Source: Eledone cirrhosa (lineage: Eukaryota). From it: 64,000 nt of DNA. How positions within the stretch are numbered: position 1 is the stretch's first letter; each line of letters opens with the position of its first letter. The DNA lies in NCBI GenBank assembly GCA_964016885.1, contig OZ024742.1, forward strand, positions 265,050,001 to 265,114,000, given 5' to 3'. Of the stretch, positions 42,421 through 55,639 are shown piece after piece. The position numbers and the translations under genes were made by a program. The notes beneath the pieces were generated by a model. The model was not told the origin of the DNA. It saw only the letters and a program-made list of their open reading frames with translations, and ran no database searches.

Positions 42421-42525
42421 GACAACAATAAATATCTACATCATGTATAGCAGCCACTGTCAGTGACATTGCTGCTGCCACCAACAATAACAACAACAAA
42501 TAAACAATAAAAAATGCATCATCAA

Positions 42526-42558
<33 letters not shown>

Positions 42559-42740
42559 TATCATCATCCTTATCATCGTCAACACCACCACAACCACCAT
42601 CATTACTCATCACCATCGTCGTCATCACGACGATCACTTCCCGCTACTACCAGCAACTCCACCACCACCACCACCATAACCCCCCCCCCCCCACTTCTCC
42701 CTACTCATCACTATAATCATGGTCATCATCATCATCATTA
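42170..42740. repeat. Compound trinucleotide microsatellite (CAC/TAC/CAA/CAT)
   Basis: Directly visible; accounts for the low-complexity ORFs here. Confidence 0.9.
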
Positions 42741-42854
42741 AGAAGACTAACACTATCAAGTTTCGGTACCAAATACCGTAGCCATGAGGAGGTTGTGTGT
42801 GTGAAGACAATTACAGAGATATCACTGTGATAAAGACAACATGAATGTTCACTA

Positions 42855-42895
<41 letters not shown>

Positions 42896-42927
42896 CGTGT
42901 GTATGCATGTGTGTGTCTGTGTGTATG

Positions 42928-42967
<40 letters not shown>

Positions 42968-43029
42968 AATACATATATATATATATACACACACATATAT
43001 ATACACACACATATATATATATATATATA

Positions 43030-43097
<68 letters not shown>

Positions 43098-43319
43098 CAT
43101 ATACATAGGTATATATATATATATGTATACATATATATATATGTGTATGTATATCTCTATATATCTCTATATATATACACATACACACACACACATATAT
43201 ATATATAATATATATATATATAGAGAGAGAGAGGGAGAGAGTGAGAAATAGATAGATACATATACACAGAGATACTTATATATATATATATATATAAGTA
43301 TCTCTGTGTATATGTAGCT

Positions 43320-43353
<34 letters not shown>

Positions 43354-43599
43354 TAATATATAGTACCATCATCTCTGACATTTTCTAGCTAATAGTTATT
43401 TGCCCGCTCTTTATTGTTGCATGGGTAGTATAGGTGGTGGAGTGGGGTGAGGTGGGGCGTACTGGGCTAAATCTTCTGTCAGCTTGTTGCACCGCGGAAG
43501 GAAAATGAGAACAAAATAGAATAAAAATAGACCACTTCATTAGATCATACAGACATGATGTTTGTTGTTGTTGGGCCTCCGTTGGTTCCGACGACGACT

Positions 43600-43815
43600 G
43601 TCTCAACTGCTTCATCAATGGAACAGCCTGTTCATAAAATTAACGTGGAAGTAGCCGAGCATTTCGCAAACACATAATTCTCAGGGAGATTCAGCGGAAA
43701 ATGTGTGACAATATTACCGCATTGCATCATAAGTACAACGAGAAATATCTTGCTCAAGGACACAACGCACGCCCGTGCGATCATGAGGAGACCACCTTAA
43801 CCACGAAGCCAGATG
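43600..43815 (-). mobile_element. SINE family B copy
   Basis: tcttgctcaaggacacaac and aattaacgtg segments shared with 20690-20997. Confidence 0.65.
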
Positions 43816-43889
43816 CGTTGTCATCATAGATACACTCACACACATACACGCATACACACACACACACTTCTACACACTCACACACACAG

Positions 43890-43925
<36 letters not shown>

Positions 43926-44055
43926 ATATATTTTATACCCGTGCGATCATGAGGAGACCACCTTAACCACGAAGCCAGATGCGTTGTCATCATAGATACA
44001 CTCACACACATACACGCATACACACACACACACTTCTACACACTCACACACACAG

Positions 44056-44093
<38 letters not shown>

Positions 44094-44105
44094 ATATATT
44101 TTATA
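43772..44105 (+). repeat. Near-perfect tandem duplication of about 165 bp
   Basis: cccgtgcgatcatgaggagacc..cgtatatattttata occurs twice (starting about 43772 and 43937), including the CA tracts. Confidence 0.85.
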
Positions 44106-44610
44106 GCTAGGGAGGTAAATAATATACCAGCACTAAGAGTACACATTTCACCAGGCCACAATCGCCCTCAATATCCAGTTTCCCTCAGAGGTAGTGGTTA
44201 CTGGACAAATTAGCCCCATATACTCTGCAGAACACTTAATCATAAAATTGCCATTATATTCGATGGCTGATGTCCATGTATCTCCCAAACCCATTGTCCA
44301 CGAAGAAAATATATCTAAATAAATATTAGAAGAAGACAGAAATAATGACTCCATAACCCAATTTCGAAAACATAATTCAGAATATATCTTTAAATACAGA
44401 ATCAGCATTAAAACGAATTTGACAAAACCAGTGACAGAATTCAAGTATTTTAGAATTATATATATATGTTATTAGGATTGGTGCTCTAAAATATCGATAT
44501 ATACATGAATGTATGTATAGTATATTTGGCAACATACCGTATGTTTAATTAAAAACATTTATAAGACCATACGCTACCAATTTTAAAGTAGTGAGTATGT
44601 CACTTACTTC

Positions 44611-44701
44611 TTTTCGGCGAAAGAGGGGAGAGAAGCTGACAGTCTGTTTCACGCTGGTTGGGGTTCATCAGAGCCACGTACTCCCCTGCTTCTGCCGAAA
44701 A
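44611..44701 (-). ncRNA. Type-I hammerhead ribozyme with extended stem I
   Basis: Minus strand: UUUUCGGC..AGGGGAG uacgu GGCU CUGAUGA AC..GU GAAA CAG a CUG UC AGCU ucu CUCCCCU..GCCGAAAA; canonical core, GUC triplet. It lies within direct/inverted repeats at 44470-44960. Confidence 0.8.
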
Positions 44702-45351
44702 TTATAGAAGCTGGATTCTTATAGAATTCCAGTAATAATCAGGAGCTGATTATACAGAGCGATTGCCGGTCCAGCAAAAATTAGGTATTAGGATTGGTGC
44801 TCTGAAATAGTGATGTATATATGAATGTATGTATAGTATATTTGGCAATAAGAAGTAAGTGACATAGTCACTACTTTAAAATTGATAGCGTATGGTCTTC
44901 TAAATATTTTAATTAAAGATACGGTATATTGCCAAATATACTATACATGCATTCATGTATAAACATATTGAATAATACGGAAAGTATATTGTCTGACAAA
45001 AGTATAGGTTAATGAAAGTGCTACAGGAAATCACTATTAGAACCTAAAGTCAGATCTACTAATATAAATTAAAAAATTTCATTAGGAACAGTAACATAAA
45101 AATTCAAGATTTCTCTGCTCCTAGCAGTTAATCTTAGTAGAGCTGATTCTTTTTAGACTAAACGCACTGCTATTTTTGGCATTCCCGTTAGCCTGTCTGT
45201 ATCCTCATATTATTACGTTCCTCGCCATGTGGGTTCAAAACCTGTTTTGAAGCTATGGTGATGAGTCGTATATAATGCGTATAAAAAGATGAAATTTCTA
45301 CTGATGATTGTAGTGTTTCATCTTATGGTTCCAACCATAAGATGAAACACT

Positions 45352-45720
45352 CACTTTGGAGCGTCGACGGCTAAGAGGCGATCTCATTTTGGCTTACAAT
45401 CTCTTCAATGGCCATTACGATCTCCCTCAAGATCTCCTATTCACTCCGGCACTTGGAAGGGGTCTACGTGGACATGACAAAAAGCTGTTTCACCGCCGCT
45501 TTCGCCTAAATAGACGGAAAGCTGCTTTCTCGATCCGCATCTCTGGACCCTGGAATCGGCTTCCAGAAGAAGTAGTCAACGCGTCAACCACGCAACAATT
45601 GGACCGGTGTTGGACCACTGTGTTTCGGACTGTGTAAATTTTGTCCCCCTCCCCTCCTTACATGGCATCTGAAGATTCTATGTTTTAATTTCTGCCAAAT
45701 ATATTGAATTGAATTGAATT
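45352..45720 (+). mobile_element. 5'-truncated CR1/L2-type LINE 3' end
   Basis: LERRRLRGDLILAY..GLRGHDKKL..FSIRISGPWNRLPEEVVNA, followed by a (ttgaa)n tail at 45704-45720. Confidence 0.85.
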
Positions 45721-45777
45721 TCCCCCCATGAAACAGCTGTGTAGAATACTGAAATCTCGGAAATATACAATAATAGT

Positions 45778-46470
45778 TCCTTCTATAGGCACAAGGCCAG
45801 TAATTTGCGGGGAGGGGGAAGTCGATTAAATCGACCTCAGTGCATTACTGGTGCTTTATTTTATCGACCCCCCTAAGGATGAAAGGCAAAGCTCACCTCG
45901 GCGGGATTTGAGCTCAAAATGTAAAAGGCCATAACTCTATGCTGCAAAGCATGGTGTCTGTCGCTTCACCGATACTGCCTATCCAACGCCCTGGAAATAT
46001 AGAATAATTGTTTTTACTTTTGGCACAAGGCCACCAATTACCCAGTACATTACTGGTACTTTATTTTATCGACCCCGTAAGGATGAAAGGCAAAGATAAC
46101 CTGTGTGGGATTTGAACTCAGTCACCTAGGTTAACTTTGCCTTTCATCTGGAAATATACGATAATGAATGTAAGTGGAAACACTTTTTATTTTTTAAATT
46201 TTATCACCCTAATCATAATTTACATCAAAGAAAACACACTTACATTATGGGGTGATGGAATGGAAGAGTCGTTACAATGTTAGACAAAATACTTTGCGGT
46301 ATTTAGATATTTAGATACGACTTTGAGCTATCTGAGTCCCACCGAGGTTAACTGTGCCCTTTATCCTTCCGGCGTCGCTAAAATAAAGTACCAGTTAAGT
46401 ACTGGCGTCTATATAATCGACTTTCTCTTTCCCAAAACTTGCTGGCCTTGTACCATTGTTAGAAAGGATT
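45778..46470. mobile_element. Cluster of SINE family A copies (45778-45990 minus, 46005-46130 minus, 46255-46470 plus)
   Basis: Family A body motifs on both strands. Confidence 0.78.
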
Positions 46471-48589
46471 ATAGTATTTTATTTTCATTCGTTAGTGTTT
46501 TCATGAATAAATAACTCCTGAAACTTCAATTACTTATCTGTTGAATTCGGGAATTTCCGGGTTAGAAACAGAAAGAGCTTTTATTATACAAGTACAAATA
46601 ATATAAAGATATAATTGATCATTCGTGACATACGATACAAGTCTCTGATATCTTTGTTGCAAAATACTTTTTTCGTACACCACCAGCTGAACAATACGGA
46701 TCTTTAATAAGTTTCATATTTTCACCAGAAGCAGAACTAAATCGAATGCGATGAAGTAGAGCATCATTTTGCAGAAAAGTTTGTGTTTGAGATATTAACT
46801 CTCTTCTATAAAAATTCGATACATTTAGGGAGTGAAAAGCCATGCTTTGTTTATTTTAATTACGAATATAACAAATCATATTTGGTGGATAAAACTTCAA
46901 TGATGACAATACCACACTGAACGCTTTACAGTGTGTAGCCAGCAATCTATTACCTCCAAAAGCTTTCACTTTATTTGCCAAGCTAATTACTTTCACCTTT
47001 TGACAATAACTTTCACTTTATTTGCAAAATTAAAAACTTTCACATTTCCACTTTGGGTATTTCCTAAATCTCAGTTTCAGAGGGCCCTGGAAAGGAAAAC
47101 TACCGAAAATATTTTTATCATGCCTTTCCATTTCCTGTTGATAATATATTATATCAAAAAGAATAATGTCATACATTTTCTACAGGGACGTAATATTATT
47201 TCTACTAATATGAATAGCATAGCAATAAATAAATACATTTTTTACATTTATATGTTATCAACATAATACTCATCTACACATTTGAAAGCATATCTCTTCA
47301 AAATTTCATTGACAATTATCCATAATTAAGAAAATCACGAGGAAACGTCAGGTAAAAGCAGGTAAAAGTTTTCATTAGAAACTTCAATGTGAAAAAATAG
47401 AATTTAATAGTTTTAGTAAGTGAAACAATTATTGCTTTGAAATGCAAACAAAGTATTTAAAACATCATGCATATATGTAAAAAATAATTACATATGGATT
47501 ATGGAAAGCCTTTAGGTAATTTAAAATTAGTTAATTAGAAACGAAAAAGTACTAATTAAAATAACAACACAGATTAATAAGAGTACATATAAAAAGGAGA
47601 AAACTCATCGCTAGAACAGTCGTTAAAACAGTTAAATGCTGTCAAAGACAGCAACGGCAAAAAGCCATCGAGGACAGAAACCAGCGGCCAGTGGTCAACA
47701 GCGAGACAAGGTGGGTAACAGGCACATGAAATATTGAAAAGTTTGAAAGAGTGTGTTAGCGCATAGAAGTGACTGGAAGAAGGAAATAAAAGCGATGTAA
47801 AAGACAAGTTTACACACACACACATCTTCACATCATCAGTTCTCAAACCAGCAGAATAGTTTCGCACGATTTAATTGAGTAACATTTTCAAATGCTTGAT
47901 CGTGCAACAGAAAAATAAATCTTTTTTGTTGGTGTAATGTGTGTGTGTGTGTGTGTGTGTGTGATAAATCAAACAGCACAGATAGAAGGAAGAAAGAAAA
48001 CAAATAAAATAAAATAATGGGATAGTATAGTGAACCTAGCTGTGGTGTCTGTCCTAAATAGAAAGCTAATCATAGCTATGGTAAAGTTAAATGAAAAAAG
48101 CAATGTTGTCTCGGGATGAAGCGAGAGTTTATTTGAATACTTGAGAAAACCCATCGCTAGAATAAATGAGAAAACCCATCGCTAGAAAAGCCGTTAAAAC
48201 AATTAAATGTTGTCAAAGACATTGTTTTTTCAATTAATAAGAGTTTCAAAGTTATTTAAATTTAGGCTTGTTGAAAAAGGTCTCATTAATCTCGTGTAGA
48301 TATTTTGTTAAATAATACCGGTGGTATAAATAAATGAAAAAAAGTCAAAGATTTAAAGATGGATGCTATTCACAGTGAATAATAATAAGTCTTGTACCGA
48401 ATGAAAATAATACTTGAGGGTTGATTTTTAAATCTATGATTATAGTAAGATTTTTATGAAAAAATATCAACAATGGAATATTTTAGAATATACTAGCAGA
48501 ATGGCACAGCGTTGTTCGGGATTTGCTCTAGGGTTCTTATATATTTGATATCTATTTATCCTTATCGAGCCTCGTGAAATAAATACGAT

Positions 48590-49995
<1,406 letters not shown>

Positions 49996-49997
<2 letters not shown>

Positions 49998-50720
49998 CGC
50001 ACAGAGCGACGAAACTGTCGTGCACCCACTCGTTCAGTGCCCGAGAATTGCTGACTTGTGGAGCTATGTCGAACAGTTGCTGTCGCGTGTAGGACTGATC
50101 CGGTTATCGACTGAGTCCATTGTGCAGATGGTCTCGCCGTCTTCCTTCGAGGAGGAAGGGCAGGCGGTTTTCATCTGCCTGATGACCATGGCGAAAGAGA
50201 TTGTGTGGTGGACAAGGTTGAAAGGGTTAAAGACAGATACTTTCCTCTTCGGCGAATCCCTAATTAACTTTTTCAAGTTTCACTTGAAGAGGAAAATCAG
50301 GGTGGAGAGGCAAGTGCTGCCTTCTAGCAAGTTTGTTGAAAGGTGGATGAATGGAGCGAGAATGGTCCGAGTGAATGGGACCGCACTGAATATACGCCTG
50401 TAGTTTGAGAAATGGAGAAATTAAGAGACGGCTCTTGCCCTGGTCGTCAGGGTGGCCGTGGTCTTTTGTGTGGTTTTCACCGCAAGTAACACTTGGAGGT
50501 TTCCCCCCTATTGGGGAATTTTTTCATTGTTTCAATTTTCATTTTTATTGTTTATATATATGTTTCTATGTCTTTTTTTTTCCTTTTTTATATAAATAAT
50601 AAAAATATTTACACGCACAAAACCCACATCGTACCGTCCTGTACCGTCCTGTGCCGTCTGTAATGTTTTTCTTGATGTCAGCCCTTGTGGCCAATAAAGA
50701 AATCATTATTATTATTATTA
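49996..50720 (+). mobile_element. 5'-truncated L1/Tx1-like LINE 3' end
   Basis: ORF 50020-50403 and the 3' UTR closely match 4915-5625; (att)n tail. Confidence 0.9.
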
Positions 50721-53700
50721 CAGCTGCATTTATCTTGCTTTATGTTCATACGAGTTATCACCAAGTCACAACCAGTGACCTCAAGAGACAACAAGGTCCG
50801 CCATGTTCAAGAAAGAACATACATACTCACACATGCATCTTTAGGTGTTTAGACTTGTGATGTACTTATATTGACAGAATCTTCCTTAGTATATGAGCAG
50901 TTCCCATTAGTACTATCTTTTGTATTTCTCCTATACGCGGGTTTCCTGGGATTTGCGATAAGTAATCATTAGACCCCTTAGGTACCATTCCTAGAGCGTC
51001 TACAACCACTGGTATTATTTTAGTTCTCAATTTCCACATTTTTCCAATTTCTATCTCCAGGTCCTTATACTTGTTCAATTTTTCAAATGTTTTTATAGAT
51101 ACATACTTGTCTATTGGAACGGACATATCAATTAGCAGGCATACCCTCTTTTTAAAGTACTTCAATATTATATCAGGTCTATTTTCATCTATTTTTCGGT
51201 CTGTTTGGATGCTAAAGTTCCACAAGATTGAGATGTGATCTTTTTCAAGTATGGGAGGTGGTTGATGCTCCCACCAATTCTTTTGATGGGGCAGGTCAAA
51301 ATGCTTACACATTATCCAATGTATGTATTGTGCAGCTCTGTCATGCCTGTTTAGGTATTCGGTTGGAGCTATAGGACTGCACATTGAAATTATATGGTCA
51401 ATGGTCTCTGGTTGTTTTTTTACATACACGGCATAATGGGCTGCATCCATTTTTTATTATGTTGGCTTGGTAATTTTTTGTTGGCAGACACTGATCTTGT
51501 GCTGATATAATCAGTCCTTCAGTCTCCGATTACAGTCCAGATGATGCCAACCACTGATGGGTTAAAGTTTTGTCAACATCAGGATTGTTAGCTCGTTCTG
51601 GGTATTTTCCATACAGAGGATTTTCTTGCCATTTCTTAGCCAGTTTCTGTAGCAGTTCTTTCTTTGCAGTTACTTTTACCTGCTTTGCTTTTTCTGTGTT
51701 TTCCATTTCAGCAGTAAATGGGACTTCTGAAATTTGTAGTCCATTACTGTATCTTTGTGCATCTTTTGTAATGGAGTATGATCTTTTGATGCTTTCGTGT
51801 TTCAAAACGAGTTTGATCATCCAATCATGTGATTCCCTTAGATATGTAGATAATCCAATTGTTGCAGTTTTCAACGCAATGTCTAACTGGATTAACCCAC
51901 GTCTTCCTTCTTTCCTAGGGAGATATATTCTATCTGTATCTGCCTTAGGGTGATGCATTCTGTGCATGGTTAAGAATTTTCGAATTTTTGTATCGAGCCT
52001 ACGGATCTCTGTGCTTGACCAGTTGATGACATTGTAACTGTAGGTTACTACTGGTATGGCAAGCGTGTTTATGGCATCGATCCTATTCCTTGCATTCAAT
52101 TCCGTTCTTAAGATTGCTCTTACTCTGCGGTAACATTTCTTCCTTATCCTTTCCATCATTGTCGAGTGCTTGATTCCGTCTCCTTCACAAACACCTAGAT
52201 ATTTGTAAGTTCCCTCTTGATCAAGTTCTCTTATCACATTCCCCCGATCAAGATTAATGTCTGAACGTTTCAGCAGCTTTCCTATGGTGAACGTTGCTTT
52301 GGCGCATTTATCTAGTCCAAACTCCATTTTAATGTCATCACTGAACTGCTCTACAAGTGGATAATAGCCCTTGCAACTGTTCATCATTTTTTGCAAATAG
52401 TTTCAGGTCATCCATGTAGAACAAGTGATTAATGGTTTTGTCATAGACTTTATATCCATGTTTTGTTTCATTGAGCATTTTACTTAATGGTATAAGTGCG
52501 ATGCAGAATAAAAGCAGTGATAAAGAGTCACCCTGAAAAATTCCACAATTAATATTAACTTCTCCAGCTTCCAGTGATTTTGTTTCACTATTCAAAAGGA
52601 GTGTCGTTTTCGATGTCTTCATACTGAATGACAAAAACCTCCTGACAACGGGAGATATTTTGAAAATCTCTAAACATTTTTCAATCCAACTGTGTGGCAA
52701 ACTATCGAATGCTTTTTTATAATCTATCCAAGCAATTGATAGATTTTTGTGTCTATTATGACAATCTTCCAGTATCATTTTGTTAACCAAAAGCTGATCC
52801 TTACAGCCATATGAGCCCCGTTTACACCCTTTCTGCTCAATGGGAAATAGGTCATTTGTTATCAGGTGGTCATATGTATATTCAGTTAGGACTGATGTTA
52901 AAATTTTATACATTGTGGTCAAGCAAGTTATCGGTCTGTAATTTTTGGGATTCTTTGTCTCATCATTCTTCGGAAGCAGGAATGTAATGCCGTTAACTAG
53001 CCATGATGGTATCTTTTCTGGCTCCTTAACTATTTCATTGTAAAGTTGGGCTAACAGCTCATGAGACTCTGTGAAGGCATTTATCCAAAAGTTTTGTATT
53101 TTGTCTTTTCCTGGGGATTTCCATTTGTTGGTTTTTCTTAGAGCCAAGCGCAACTGTTCAACTGTTATATTTTCCCATATTTGTTCCTCAAGGTGAGCTG
53201 TATCTTTCATTTGTCTGTCTATCCATGGGGCATGTATGTTATGAACTTTTTCTTCGGCCCAGATCTTTTCCCAGAATTCTTGCACTTCCTCCTTGGGTGG
53301 TATTGATTTAGCAGTTATTGTTGACTTACCAATTTTTCTGTAGAAGTTTCTTTGGTTGTTTTTGAACATATTATTGTCCTTATAGAATCTAGATCGTTTT
53401 TCAAAGCGCCTTATACGAGCAGCTTTGGCCGACACTTTTTGCTTGATTATTTCTATCAGCATGTCTATGTCACATGTTGATTTTATACTGTACTTTTTTT
53501 TCAATTTCCTAAGTTTAGTTTGTTTAACATGTTCACCTACTTTATAGTTTGTTAAAATTTCTATATCAGATCGGAGAAGGTTTATTTGGCGATTGATGTT
53601 CTCTTGCCAAGTAGATTTCTTGTGGGAATTCCTTTGTTTTTCCATCTTCACTCCACATAAGTGAGTGGTGACTTTAGCCGATGCATAATAGAGATGATTT

Positions 53701-54700
53701 AAATCAGTAATGTTTAGTTTGTTTGTGATGATAATGTTTTTGAGAATTATGTTAGTCTTGTGTATTATCTTTTGGTTCTGTTTGGAGTTCTGGATCTTAG
53801 GGAGGGTGTCTCGTTCCCCCATGTCAGATTCTTTCATTTTCATCCATTCGATCATAATTTCAACCTTCAAGTTGGCAAGTTCATTCTCATTCATTTCTTT
53901 ATCATTTACGATCTCATTATTTTCATTTGGAGTTTCATCCTGAGCATGCACTCCCTCCACTTTTTCGATCCTTTCTTTAATTTGTTCTGTTGCCAGTGAT
54001 TCCGCCCCAACCCTGGGATTCGAAGTGTTACAGTTTACCTCGTTTTCACTGACACATGTTTCATTTTCCCTTCGCTGACTTTGTGCTAATAGCTTGATCT
54101 GATCAATTTCTACATCAGTTAGTAACTTTTTTCTTACAATATTTCTTCGTATATTGGCTAGTTTGTTACTGTCAATATAGCCTCTGTTTTCGGGATGTTT
54201 CTTTTCCCAGTTGATATATGTCTGTTCTGTATTCGATGTATTTGATGGGTAGTACATGGCAGTGTAGAAAGCCTCAAGGACTTCTTTATTATCTTCCCTT
54301 GACCATTTTTCTCTCTTTTTCTTTGGATTTCTTGGTGATGAGCATGGAGGGCCAACAGTAGGAGTATTCCGGTTATGGGAGGTCTCCAGCTCCGAAGTGA
54401 TGGGAAGGTTTGAACCATTAGCTGACTTATCGACCCCAGTCTCGTTCCTCTCTGAGGGACGCGGCCCTTTTTTTTTTTTTTTTTTTTTTACCCGGGTGAC
54501 GGCCGATCCGGTATGAGATTTTATCATTAGACATTTACTTTATTTTGTCGCGTTTTATCCTTATCCGCCAAGGGGTAATCATTTCGTGTTACCACTTCTA
54601 GAACGAGTGTCAACCAAGACTAGAGGGGTCGTTCTCCCCTAGAGACACGGCTATTCCCCGCCGGCCGCCATCCCGGTATTTCTTGGTCACGGCGTTTTCT
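50721..54700 (-). mobile_element. Near full-length R4/Dong-type RLE retrotransposon
   Basis: ORF 52338-54527 ([29 protein letters not shown]), 51530-52396 and 50866-51450 (ETIDHIISMC, RHD, RPDII..LIDMSVP..K..KYKDL). About two frameshifts and one nonsense codon; the 3' end abuts (TAA)n. Confidence 0.93.
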
Positions 54701-55639
54701 TTTTGTTGTTATTTTAAATTGTTATTATCATGAGTGGTTCCTTAATGTGAGCATTGCGTGGCTTAAGAATGAAATTATTAATAATTGTCTCCACTCCAGG
54801 CACAAGGCCAGCAATCACCCAGTGCATTACAATAATATAATATACTTTTTGCTGAAGTTGCCTGTTATTGTTGTTGGCTATGTCGGTGGTGGTGCCGGGG
54901 CTTTTTATATTGTTGGTGAGGAAGGGGTGAGCCAGCAGTCCCATAGTTGTTGATGTTGACGTTTGGCCGGTGGCCAGGTCACTAAGTCAATCTATTTATA
55001 TCTTTTGCTAGCCTCTCCCTTGTCTAGTGATACCGCCACCTTCCCCTTTCTCTCTCAAGTTAACAGGGGAATAGTGGTGGTAGCAATGAAGGAGTGGTGG
55101 CGGCGGTGATGGGATAGTGGTAGCAATGATGGATGGGGTGATGGCGGCGGTGGCGTTGTCGTTACTGAGTTTTGTGATATGTAGTATCTATGAGTTTGTG
55201 TTCGTATGTTTAATATATATTGTGTTGACATATTCCCGTAAAATTGGGATTAAACATTTTGTTAAAACTTGAGACAATAATAATAGTAATTATTATTATG
55301 ATGCTGGGATTGATGGTGGTGGTGGTGAAATTGCCGTTATCTGGCTGTTATATTTAGTGTGATGGGATAGGTGGTGTATCAAGTTTCTGGTGTTGGTGAA
55401 ATTGCTGTTATTTGGCTGTTCTATATAGTGTAGACAGAGGGTGTTTTCTTCCATTTATAACCATTTTCTTTTTTTGAATACAAAAGATATAATACAAAAT
55501 TGAATATTTGAGCGATATAACAATATAATATTGATCCGAAATTTTATGGGACTTCATTCGGTGGTTTATGCAACATTTGTACTAAGAATTGTTATTTCAC
55601 AATTGATTAAATATGTTAAAAATCAAAAACGTACGTGAG

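Noticed and set aside
47790-47870. Minus-strand ctgatga plus stem
   Set aside because: No GAAA follows the stem.
52338-54527. 729-aa ORF as a domesticated or active gene
   Set aside because: It is broken by a frameshift just after the YMDD motif, with a further stop and frameshift downstream; a recently inactivated retrotransposon.
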